64,000 nt of DNA from an uncultured delta proteobacterium (GTDB lineage: Bacteria; Myxococcota; Myxococcia; Myxococcales; Myxococcaceae), in the NCBI GenBank assembly GCA_963771175.1, contig CAVYSY010000030.1:96001-160000 (forward strand), read 5' to 3'. The first letter of the stretch is position 1. Every line of letters starts with the position of its first letter. The notes beneath the pieces were generated by a model. That model ran no database searches, had not been told where the DNA came from, and saw nothing but the letters and a program-made list of their open reading frames with translations. Positions 11,297-21,157 of this stretch are shown here, piece after piece. A program made the translations under genes and the position numbers.

Positions 11297-11725
11297 CTAC
11301 CGCTTCGAGAGGATGCGACCCTGTCCGTCGATGGCGTACTCGGCCCCTGCATCCGGCACGATGAAGCCGGGAGCGCACTTCTACAGATCCGGGGAGAGCA
11401 GGACGAAGAAGAGATTGTCGTTGGCCTGCATTACGACCGTCCGATAGGTGTCCCAACGGGCGAGACATTGGAACTCGGGTCCTTCCTGGTCCTCGGGGTT
11501 GATATGGGCGGGGAGGTAGTCATTCATCGCCACCGAGAGAGCCTTCATCTTGGCTCCGTCGAGGCGGACACCACTTTCATATGAGTCCGGGAACTTGATG
11601 TTTGCCGCCTCCTCGGGAGGTGCCAACTCCGCCTTCTGGTACTTGTGATACCCGAGGCGCTCAATCAATGCGCAGCCTGGCAGAACGCAGGTGGCGAGGA
11701 GGAGGGAAGGTAAGAGGAGTCTCAT
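11297..11725 (-). pseudogene. Lipoprotein with an in-frame internal TAG
   Basis: Lipobox LPGC. TAG at 11383-11381 is followed in frame by KCAPGFIVPDAGAEYAIDGQGRILSKR and a second TAG ending at 11297. Confidence 0.6.
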
Positions 11726-11908
11726 GGCATCCCGTTTCGCGCATCTGGGCAAGAGGGGAACACCGCAGGTAGGCGGAGAGGTTACGCGATCATGTCGGGC
11801 GGGGTGTAACTCGGGTAGAGCGCTTCGTGGCCCCAGTTCGGGGAGGCTTCCGTGATGTCAGTACCTCGGTCTACTCTGCGCGTACTGCGTCAGCAGGGAG
11901 ACCTGAGA

Positions 11909-13334
11909 ATGGCCGAGGAACGGACGTACCTGGAGCTGTCCGAAGAAGGTGGCGGCTCGCACAAGTTCTACGAGGTGAGGCTGGAGGGCAACTCCCTCAC
12001 GGTTCGCTATGGCCGCATCGGCGACAAGGGTCAGACGCAGGTCTCCAGCTTCCCGTCCCCGGAGAAGGCGCTCGCCGAGGCTCGCAAGAAGATCAACGAG
12101 AAGGTCCGCAAGGGCTACGCCCCCGCCGTCCAGGGCCTGCGCGCGAAGCGCTCCGTCACCCGCCGTGAAATCACCAGCGGCCGCTCCAACGCGACCCAGG
12201 CCCCGCTCCTCTGGAAGTTCAACTCGGGCGACCGCGCCTTCGGCATCTTCGTGGACGACTCGCGCTGCTGGGTCGGCAACGAGAGCGGCTCCATCTACTC
12301 GGTGGACCACGAGGGCCGCACGCTCTCCCAGTTCCGCCTCGCCGATGGCGTGAAGTGCATCGTCGCCGATGACCGCTGGCTCTACGCCGGGTGCGATGAC
12401 GGCCGCGTCTACGACCTCGGCGGCAAGGTGCCGCGCGTGGCCTATGCCGATCGCGGATGACGTGGACATCTTCTGGCTGGACATCAAGGACGGAGTCCTC
12501 GGCGTGTCCGACGCGGGCGGCAAGCTCACCGCCATCAACCACGAGGACGAGTCCCAGTGGGTGAAGCAGAGCGTCGGCACCCACGGGTGGATGGTGCGCT
12601 GCGATGAGCTGGGCATGTACCACGGCCACGCGCGCGGCCTCACCATGTACGACTGGGAGGACGGCCGCGAAATCTGGCACCGCCCCACCCAGGGCAACGT
12701 CATGTTCGGCTGGCAGGAGGAGTCGAGCCTCTACGCCTGCACCAACCTCGGCTTCGTGCACCGCTTCACCAAGAAGGGCGACGCGGGCCCCGTCATGCAG
12801 TGTGACGCGGCGGTGTTCTCCTGCGCCGCGGTGGATGACGGCCGGTACGTCTTCGCTGGCGACAACATGTCCAGCGTCTACTGCTTCAACCACAAGGGCG
12901 AGCGCCTGTGGAAGCTGTCCACCGGGTGCGGCTCGGCCTTCTCCATGCAGTTCTTCCAGGACCGGCTCTACCTCGTCACCACCGAGGGCGTGCTCGCCTG
13001 CATCGACGCGAGCGAGAAGGCCATCCAGGCCGCGCAGTCCGGCTCGCTGCCGCAGGCCCGCAGCATCCAGGCCCCCAAGCCCGTGGAGGCCGTGCCCGCA
13101 GGCATCGTGGAGACGACGCGCGAGGCGGGCAAGGGCGTCATCGTGGAGTGCTACCAGGACGGCCCCCACCTGCGCGTGCGGGTGGTGTCCCCCGGCTACC
13201 ACTCCGACTGGCACGTGCAGTTCCCCAAGGACATCCGCCAGGCGGGCAGCCGCTACGTGGTGGAGGGCGTCCACGAGTCCGCGCGTGGTGGCTTCTACCG
13301 CGCCCATGGCGACATCCGCAGGCTGGTGAGCTGA
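11909..13334 (+). CDS. WGR-domain + PQQ-like beta-propeller protein (one +1 frameshift near 12448), first gene of the retron operon
   Basis: YLELSE..SHKFYEV...VRYGRIGDKGQ...EKVRKGY (WGR). Propeller-like repeats YAGCDDGRVY and FAGDNMSSVY...GERLWK. ORFs 11852-12460 and 12369-13334 join at VAYA/IADDVDIFW to give about 474 aa. Confidence 0.8.
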
Positions 13335-13335
13335 C

Positions 13336-16300
13336 GTGAAACTGCTCGAGCAGGTGACGCTGCTCTTCCAGGAGGGGAAGAGCGACAAGGTGTACGAGGT
13401 GGACCTCCTGGAGGTCTCCCCGGGCCAGTGCGTGGTCAACTTCCGCTACGGGCGGAGGGGCACCGCGCTCAAGGATGGCTCGAAGACGCCCGTGCCCGTG
13501 CCCCAGGCCGAGGCGAAGCGCGTCTTCGACAAGCTCGTCCAGTCCAAGCTGGACTCGGGCTACCTGCGCGGCGGCGCACCCGGTGCTCCCGCCTCGCCGC
13601 CCGCGTCCCGTGCTCCCGAGCCCCCGCCTCCGAGGGTGGAGGCTTCGGCCGGCACCTCGCCTCGCGAGCGCACCCTGCTCCAGCAGCTCCAGCAGGAAGC
13701 CACTGCCCGGCGGTGGTTCCGTCGCGCCGACGTACGTGCCCAGCCTCGCAAGCTGGAGCGTGTCATCTGGCGCGCGGGCGAGCTGCGCCTGCGCGCCGCC
13801 GAGCCCCTGTTGCTGCCCCTGCTGGAGCGGGCCCAACCCCTGCGCGCCTACAGCATCGCCGCCGCACTGGGGCGCCTGGGCTCGGAGTCCTCGGTGTCCG
13901 CGCTCGGGCGGCTCTATGGGGAGGCCTCCACGCCGGACATGGTGCGCCGCATGGCCACCGAGGCGCTGCTGCAGCTCTCCGACGAGGCCACCCGCGCCGA
14001 CTTCCGCCGGGACGTGCTGGAGAAGCTGCCTCCCGCGTTGCGCGAGCCGGCCCGGGCCGGGAACGCGGAGGCCTTTGGCCAGGCGCTCGACGCGCACCTC
14101 GCCTCCGGGAAGGCGGACGCGCTCGACGTCCTCGAGTCCCTCTATCTGGTGGACTCGGAGACGGTGCGGCCCGTGCTGCTGCGCGTGCTGCGCACGGTGC
14201 CCTTCACCGTGCAGTCGGTGCGCGTGCTGCGCCACCTCTTCAAGGCGGCCGAGTACCGGCGCGACGGCGAGGTGTTCGGCCTCATCGCCTGGCGCTACGA
14301 GAAGGAGCGCTCGCTCGGGGCCAGCCGGCCGCGCGCCTACACCCTGGATACGCGCAAGTACCTCCGGCGCCGTGTGTGGCGCACGCTGCGCCGCCTGGGT
14401 GAGTTGGAGAGTCCGGACTTCGTGAAGATGGCGGTGGGCGTGCTGCTCGCCTTCAGCGACGCGGACGCGGTGCCCGTGGGCACCTCGGGCTGGAACTCCA
14501 AGACGTACTGGGACGCCTACGCGCCCTACTGGGCCTTCAACCAGGTGCTGTACGCGGAGAGCCCGCGCTACGAGCCCATTCCCAATCCGCTCCGCTTCCG
14601 CTGCAAGGGCTCGTTCCGGCCCGGAGAGCGGGCGCCCGACATCCGCGAGGAGGCCTTCCCCAAGCTGTGGGAGCGCACCCCGGCGGGCCTCCTGCACCTG
14701 CTGGACGAGAGCCGCTGCGCCCCGGTGCACGAGTTCGCCGCCCGCGCGCTGCGCGCCTGCCCGGACTTCCTCGCCCAGCTCGACGTGGACGTGCTGGCCA
14801 TGCTGCTGGAGCGGCCCTACGAGGCCACCGCGCGGCTCGGCTTCGAGCTGGCTTCTCGGCGGCTGGATGCGAGGCGCGAGCCCCGGGCCCTGCTGCTCGC
14901 GGTGGCGCGCTCGGTGTACGCGCCCGCACGCCAGCAGGCCTTCCGGTGGATGGACGAGCTGCGCCATGTCCTCGTCGAGGACTCCGGCTTCGTCGCGGGG
15001 CTGGCCACCGCGCCGCACGCGGAGACGCGCGCCTACGCCGCCAACATGGTGCGAGGCTCCGTGCTCTCCGCGCAGACGATGCAGGCGCTCGTGGGTCGGC
15101 TGGTGGCGGCGCTGCTGCCGATGAAGTCGAAGGAGGACGGCCCCGTCGCCGCGGACGTGGCCCGCGTGGTGCTCGCCGCGCTGGGGCCCTCGTCCCGGGC
15201 GGTGGGGCTGGACGTGGTGCGCGACCTGCTCGCCCACCCGGTGCCCGAGGTGCAGGAGTTGGGCGGCGAATTGCTCCTGCGCCGCGACCTGCGCACCGAG
15301 CCCGTGCCGGACGAGCTGCTCCAATTGTTGGTGCAGGCGGAGCACGCGCCGCTCCGGGCCCTTGGTCTGCGGCTGCTCGCGCTCCTCGCCGAGTCCGAGG
15401 CCACGCTGCTCGCCCAGGAGGAGCTCCTCACGCGACTGGCCACCAGCCGCGTGCCGGACGTGCGCGCCGCGGTGCGCCCGCTGCTCGGGAGACTCGCGGC
15501 CGCGAGCCCCGCCGTGGGGGCGCGGGTGGTGGAGGCCCTGCTGGCCGCGCTGCTGCGTCGTCGTCTGCCGGAAGGTGTGCCGGCCCATGTGGCCTCGGTC
15601 CTCTCGGAGGAGCTGGCGCCCGCGCTGGCCTCGCTGCCGGCCGAGACGACGTGGCGGCTGCTCGATTCCGAAGATGCCGCCGCGCAGGGCGTGGGGGCCG
15701 CGCTGCTCGCCCGCCGTGGCGCGGAGCTGGCGGTGGACGTGCCTCGCGTGGCGAAGCTCGCCGGACATGACGTGCTGGCGGTGCGCGAGTGGGCGTGGCG
15801 CTGGCTGGAGGCCCACATTTTCGAGGTGCGCACGGAGCTGTCCACGGCGGTGGGCCTGCTGGACTCGCGCTGGGACGACGCCCGCGCCTTCGGCTTCCGC
15901 TACTTCCGCGAGCGCTTCGCTCCGGAGGACTTCTCCCTGGAGGTGCTCGTCTCCGTGGCGGACAGCGTGCGCAAGGACGTGCAGGCCTTCGGGCGGGACA
16001 TGCTCACGCGCTCGTTCCGCGAGGAGGACGGGCCCGAGCTGCTCCTGCGCCTGTCCGAGCACCCCGCGCCCGCGCGTGCAGCTCTTCGCCACCAACTACC
16101 TGGAGCGCTTCGCCAGTGGGAAGCCGGCGCTGGTGGAGCAGCTCGCGCCGTACTTCATCCGGGTGCTGAGCCAGGTGAACCGGGGCCGCGTCGCGCGGCA
16201 GCGGGTGCTGGGCTTCCTCCAGCGCGAGGGCCGGAGCACCGAGGCCAGTGGCCGCGTGGCCATGGAGGTGCTGCACCGGATGTCAGCCACCATTGCTATA

Positions 16301-16408
16301 GAGCATCGGGCCGCGGCGCTGGAGGCGATGCTCGTCATCGCCAAGGCGCAGCCGTCCATTCCCATGCCCTTCCACGTTCGCCCGGTGGAGGTCCGCCGTG
16401 CAGTTTGA
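13336..16408 (+). CDS. WGR-domain + ARM/HEAT-repeat protein (one +1 frameshift near 16070), retron type XIII-like partner
   Basis: N-terminal SDKVYEV...FRYGRRG...KLDSGY followed by long Leu/Ala-rich helical repeats. The frame switches at LSEHPAP/RVQLFATNYLE, giving about 1023 aa. Starts 1 nt after the previous stop and overlaps the next start. Confidence 0.8.
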
Positions 16409-18047
16409 ATACTCCTACAAGGGCAACACCGCGGTGCAGAACCGGGGAGACAGCACCGAGCTGTCATTCGCGCCGGACCTCAAGCGGCAGCCCACCTTCT
16501 TCTCCGGCGAGCTGCGTCAGAACGTGGCCTTCCGCGAGGCCATCTCCGCGCTCCACGACGTGGTGGTGTCGGACCTGCGCTTCAAGCCCAAGGACAAGAC
16601 GGCCTACAAGGCCTGGGCGGCGCAGCGCGACGAGACGCTGGACGTGGAGGCCGTGCTCGCCAACCGCCAGGCGGTGGCCAGCCGGATGAAGGCCCTGCGC
16701 GAGGAGCTCACCGAGCTGGAGAAGGAGAGCTCCCGGCGCATGAGCGCCTTCTACTCGGCGCGCACGCGTTACTACCAATACCTCTACGAGAAGAACCGCG
16801 ACTTCTGGTTCGTGTTCGACCCGGTCATCACCGTCCACCCGGACGAGTGCTTCTTCGAGTGCTTCAGCCAGGACGAGTCGAGCTACGGCCGGCTCGGCGC
16901 CAGCTACGAGGTGTTCCAGAACGTCGGCGAGTTCGCCTGCGGCACCACCAACATCGACTACTCGTCGCCGCTCTACGACGAGTTCCAGAAGATCCGCACG
17001 TACAAGCGCACGCGCTTCGAGGTCGACCCGAGCGGCTTCACCACGCGGACGGGCACGGACGAGGCGTACAAGGAGGTGAAGATCGACCTCCCGGACTCGT
17101 GGGTGCGCGGCTTCCTGCAGGTGAACTCGGCGATGGCACTGCCGGCGGTGCGCTTCACGCTGCACCCCATGGATGTGCACAACTTCCTCTTCGTGCTCAA
17201 GCGGCACAAGGAGAAGAAGGGCCCGCGCTCCATGCGCTACAAGCTGGCGCCGGGGCAGCCGGTGAAGGTGGTGTTCGAGCCCTGGGGCACGGAGGTGGTC
17301 TGCCCGCGCTCGGTGTACGAGGGCGAGGGTACGCACGACATCCGCGTGTGGGGCCGCCGGCGCCTGGGTGTGCTGGAGCGGCTCATCCCGGTGGCGAAGC
17401 GCTTCACCGTGCACCTGCTGGGCTCGGGGCTGCCGTCCTTCTACGTGGCGGACCTGGGCGACCTGTCCTTCACCCTGGGCCTGTCCGGTTGGACGGCCAA
17501 TGACTGGTCCACCGCGGGCAACTTCGACCTGATGGCGCCGCGCGGGCAGGTGGACGAGTTCACCCGCCGCCGCGTCTTCGACGCGCTCAAGGAGACGTGG
17601 TCCGCGAGGCCCGAGGCGCTGGCCTCGAAGCTGGGGCTGGACCGGGGCGCGGTGCTCGGCGCGCTCTCGGCCTGGACGCAGGCGGGGCGGGCCATCTGGG
17701 ATTTGAACAAGGGCGTGTACCGGGCGCGCGAGCTGAGCCGCGAGCCGCTGCCCATGGACAGGCTGCGCTTCGCCAACGAGCGAGAGGAGCGCGCCACGCG
17801 CTTCCTGGATGCGGGGGCGGTGAGTGTGTCGGCGCGGCCCTCCAGCACGGATGGCTCGCTGGAGCTGAGCGGCTCGGTGAAGGAGGGCGGGAAGGTGCTC
17901 CGTCCCACTTTGCGACTCGACGGGGACCAGCGTATGGTTTTCGGCGAGTGCACGTGCAACTTCTTCCAGCAGAACAAGTTGTTCCGGGGGCCGTGCGAGC
18001 ACCTGCTCGCGCTGCGGCTCCAGCACTCACGGGTGTCTCGCACATGA
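16398..18047 (+). CDS. Winged-helix + SWIM zinc-finger protein, retron type XIII-like partner
   Basis: C-terminal CTCNFFQQNKLFRGPCEH fits CxC-xn-CxH (SWIM). wHTH-like PEALASKLGLDRGAVLGALSAWTQAGRAIWD. N-terminal coiled coil. Confidence 0.85.
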   Translation: MQFEYSYKGNTAVQNRGDSTELSFAPDLKRQPTFFSGELRQNVAFREAISALHDVVVSDLRFKPKDKTAYKAWAAQRDETLDVEAVLANRQAVASRMKALREELTELEKESSRRMSAFYSARTRYYQYLYEKNRDFWFVFDPVITVHPDECFFECFSQDESSYGRLGASYEVFQNVGEFACGTTNIDYSSPLYDEFQKIRTYKRTRFEVDPSGFTTRTGTDEAYKEVKIDLPDSWVRGFLQVNSAMALPAVRFTLHPMDVHNFLFVLKRHKEKKGPRSMRYKLAPGQPVKVVFEPWGTEVVCPRSVYEGEGTHDIRVWGRRRLGVLERLIPVAKRFTVHLLGSGLPSFYVADLGDLSFTLGLSGWTANDWSTAGNFDLMAPRGQVDEFTRRRVFDALKETWSARPEALASKLGLDRGAVLGALSAWTQAGRAIWDLNKGVYRARELSREPLPMDRLRFANEREERATRFLDAGAVSVSARPSSTDGSLELSGSVKEGGKVLRPTLRLDGDQRMVFGECTCNFFQQNKLFRGPCEHLLALRLQHSRVSRT

Positions 18048-18315
18048 GAAGGGGGAGGGTTCGCGCACGCGGCGGTCAGGGGGCAGTACCTTGCAATCCG
18101 GACGGTGTTTCGCCGTCCATGCCTCATGGCCTGTCATGCATCACTGGCCCGCTCTTCACTGTGCGGAGCCTCCCTCCCTGTCGCGGCAGCGATGTCGACC
18201 TCGTCGGTCCTGCGCGCGACAGGGAGGGGGCTCCGCTGGAGTTGAGACGGTCCAGTCCCGAGAGCAGTACGAAGGTGCTCTCTGACCGCCGCGTGGACGG
18301 ACTCTCCCCCTCTCA
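18045..18315 (+). ncRNA. Retron msr-msd non-coding RNA
   Basis: a1/a2 inverted repeats: perfect core CACGCGGCGGTCAG (18066-18079) / CTGACCGCCGCGTG (18282-18295), extending imperfectly to 18045-18092 / 18272-18315. msr hairpin 18100-18118. Long msd hairpin with arms 18163-18185 / 18215-18236. Sits directly upstream of the RT. Confidence 0.85.
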
Positions 18316-18325
18316 CTGACCCGCC

Positions 18326-19918
18326 ATGTCCTCCCAGCCTCCCCGCAGCAGACAGGAGCTGTACGACCGCATCCGCGCCGGCTCCAAGGACGAGGTCGTC
18401 CTCGAGGAGATGGTGCGCCTGGGCTTCTGGCCCGCGCGCAGCGGCATTCCCGGGGACCCGGCGGACGTCATCCACCGCCGCAACGAGCTGCAGGGGCAGA
18501 TTCGCGCGCTCGCCACCGAGCAGAGCCGGCTCGGCAACCTGGAGGCGATGAAGCGCGAGCTGCTCAAGCGGCGGCTGGAGGAGAGCCGGCGCAAGCAGCA
18601 GGAGACGAAGGAGCGGCGCGAGCGCGAGCGGCAGCAGCGCGCCGAGGCCTGGAAGGAGCGCAAGGCGAAGGAGGTGCTCTTCCTGGGCCGTGGCGTGTCC
18701 GGCGGCCTGAGCGAGCGCACTGCGGACGAGGTGAGGCTGGCGCGCCTGGGTTTGCCGGTGCTGGCCACCCCCGAGGCGCTGGCGCAGGCGCTGGGGCTGA
18801 GCGTGGGGCAGCTCCGAGCCCTGTGCTTCACGCGCACCGCGTCCACCACCAGCCATTACGTGCGCTTCCTGCTGCCCAAGAAGACGGGCGGCACCCGGCT
18901 CATCTCCGCGCCCCTGCCGAGGCTGAAGGCAGCGCAGGCGTGGGTGCTGGAGAACCTGCTGAAGAAGGTGCCTGTCCACGAGGCGGCGCACGGCTTCCGT
19001 GAGGGGCGCTCCATCGTCACCAACGCCCTGCCGCACGTGGGCGCGGGCATGGTGGTGAACCTGGATCTGAAGGACTTCTTCCCCTCGGTGCTGTACCCGC
19101 GGGTGAAGGGCGTCTTCGCCAAGCTGGGCTACAGCGAGGCCACCGCCACGGTGCTGGCGCTGCTGTGCACCGAGCCGGACGTGGAAGAGGTGGAGCTGGA
19201 CGGGCAGCGCTGGTTCGTCACCCAGGGCAAGCGGCGACTGCCCCAGGGCGCGCCCACATCTCCCGCGCTGACGAACATCCTCTGCCGGCGGTTGGACCGG
19301 AGGCTCGCGGGCGCGGCGCGCAAGCTGGGCTTCGTCTACACGCGCTACGCGGATGACCTCACGTTCTCCGCCCACGGGCCGGGGCCGCATGACGCGGGCG
19401 AATTGCTGCGGCTCGTGCGCTGGGTGGTGGGGCAGGAGGACTTCACCCCGCACCCCGACAAGACGCGCGTCCTGCGCCGGGGTCGGCAGCAGGAGGTGAC
19501 GGGCGTCGTCGTCAACGACAAGCCCGGCGTGGACCGCAAGACGCTCAAGCGCTTCCGCGCCCTGCTGCACCAGCTCGAGAAGACCGGGCCCGAGGGCAAG
19601 CGGTGGGGCCACAGCGGGGACGTCATCGCCTCGGCGGTGGGCTTCGCCAACTACGTGGCCATGGTGGACCCCGGGAAGGGCAAGGCGCTGCAGGCGAAGG
19701 CTCGCGCGCTGGAGTCCCGCTACGGGCGCCGCCCCGTCGCACCGCCTCGCGCGAAGAAGGTGGCCGCGCAGGCCGGGAGCACCGTGGCCGCGCCCTCGGC
19801 GGTTCCCTCCGCGGTCCCGGCCCAGGCTCCCGAGGCCCCGGTGGCGCCCGTGAGCAGCCCGAAGACCGAGGAGACACCCGCCGAGGCTCCGAAGAAGAAG
19901 TGGTGGAAGCTGTTCTGA
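18326..19918 (+). CDS. Retron-type reverse transcriptase (myxobacterial Mx162-like clade)
   Basis: PKKTGGTRLISAP, AHGF, region X NALPH, DLKDFFPS, LPQGAPTSP, YTRYADD, region Y VTG. Confidence 0.95.
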   Translation: MSSQPPRSRQELYDRIRAGSKDEVVLEEMVRLGFWPARSGIPGDPADVIHRRNELQGQIRALATEQSRLGNLEAMKRELLKRRLEESRRKQQETKERRERERQQRAEAWKERKAKEVLFLGRGVSGGLSERTADEVRLARLGLPVLATPEALAQALGLSVGQLRALCFTRTASTTSHYVRFLLPKKTGGTRLISAPLPRLKAAQAWVLENLLKKVPVHEAAHGFREGRSIVTNALPHVGAGMVVNLDLKDFFPSVLYPRVKGVFAKLGYSEATATVLALLCTEPDVEEVELDGQRWFVTQGKRRLPQGAPTSPALTNILCRRLDRRLAGAARKLGFVYTRYADDLTFSAHGPGPHDAGELLRLVRWVVGQEDFTPHPDKTRVLRRGRQQEVTGVVVNDKPGVDRKTLKRFRALLHQLEKTGPEGKRWGHSGDVIASAVGFANYVAMVDPGKGKALQAKARALESRYGRRPVAPPRAKKVAAQAGSTVAAPSAVPSAVPAQAPEAPVAPVSSPKTEETPAEAPKKKWWKLF

Positions 19919-19945
19919 GCCGGGCCTCGCGGTAGGTTCGCCGCC

Positions 19946-20203
19946 GTGAACGGGAACGGGAACGTCGTTGTCGCGGTGCTGGTGGTGGTGGGGTTGGTCG
20001 GGCTCATCTTCTGGGCCCTGCGGTTCTTCAATCCCGTCAACCGCCTGCGCAACCAGTACTTCCGCAGCGTCCGCCAGACGCGCCCGGAGGCCGAGCAGTC
20101 CCTCGCGCGTCACCTGGCTCGCCTCCAGGAGCGTTACCCCGGCAAGTCCGAGGCCTGGTACCTCCGCCGCGTCCTGGCCGATCTGGAGCGCGATCGGCGG
20201 TGA
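19946..20203 (+). CDS. Small single-pass membrane protein
   Basis: 85 aa with a hydrophobic N-terminal segment VVVAVLVVVGLVGLIFWAL. Starts 27 nt after the RT stop. Confidence 0.6.
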   Translation: MNGNGNVVVAVLVVVGLVGLIFWALRFFNPVNRLRNQYFRSVRQTRPEAEQSLARHLARLQERYPGKSEAWYLRRVLADLERDRR

Positions 20204-21157
20204 TGGGTGGAAGGTTTCCTGAGCAGGCGCCGAGCGGAGAGCCCGCCCGCGTTTTGCTAGAGAGTACCCTCATGGCAGGGCAGGACTGAAGGGGGAGCCA
20301 CCATGACCCGAGAGCAGAGCAACGAGGTGACGTTCACCTCGATTCATTTTGAGAACTTCAAGGCGCTGGCCTCGTACCGCGTCCCCCTGCAGCGGATGAA
20401 TGTGCTTGTCGGAGCCAACAACTCGGGCAAGTCCACGGTCATCGCCGCGTTCCGGGTACTCGCTGCGGGCTTGCGTGCAGCCCGAGCGCGCTCACCTACT
20501 CCTTTCGACGGTCCGGGTGGACAGACACGTTGGGGCTGGTCCATCCCAGTTGATGAGCTGCCGATCTCCGTTGAGAACGTCCACAGCGACTACAACGATC
20601 GTCCATCTACCGTCACCTTTCATCTGTCGAACAAGAACAGGCTTCTGCTGTGGTTCCCCACGGAGCGTGGCTGCTTCCTGTTCCATGAGAGCGAGGGGAC
20701 CGCGATTCGGACTCCGAGCGCCTTCAAGAAAGCCTTCCCCGTTACCGTGGGCGTCGTTCCGGTCCTTGGTCCCGTGGAGCATGAGGAGCGGCTGGTCGAG
20801 TCAGGGACGGTGACTCGCGGACTCGCGACTCATCGAGCGTCCCGTCACTTCCGCAGCTTCTGGCGCCACTTCCCCGAGCAGTTCGAGGAGTTCGCTGCAT
20901 GGGTCCGGGAGACTTGGCCGGGCATGGAGATCAACCCGCCGGAAGAGGTGGTGATACAGGACGGCGCGCGCCTCTTCACGAACCTCTCCATGTTCTGCCG
21001 AGAGGAGCGCATTGATCGGGAGCTGTATTGGGTGGGGTTTGGATTCCAGATCTGGTGCCAGTTGCTCACCCATATCGTCCGCAACCGAGCATCCACCCTG
21101 CTCGTTCTCGACGAGCCGGAGACCTATCTCCACCCTGACGTGCAGCGAAAGCTCCTA

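Noticed and set aside
11778..11812. GTTAC...GTAAC inverted repeat upstream of the retron operon as an operator
   Set aside because: Short, imperfect and single-copy; not distinguishable from chance.
16073..16689. C-terminus of the 1117-aa ORF as supplied
   Set aside because: Off-frame read-through after the frameshift. The plausible protein continues in the other frame and stops at 16408.
18326..19918. RT as a group II intron, DGR or CRISPR-associated RT
   Set aside because: It has retron NAxxH and VTG motifs and an upstream msr-msd. I saw no maturase domain, no TR/VR repeat pair and no cas genes.
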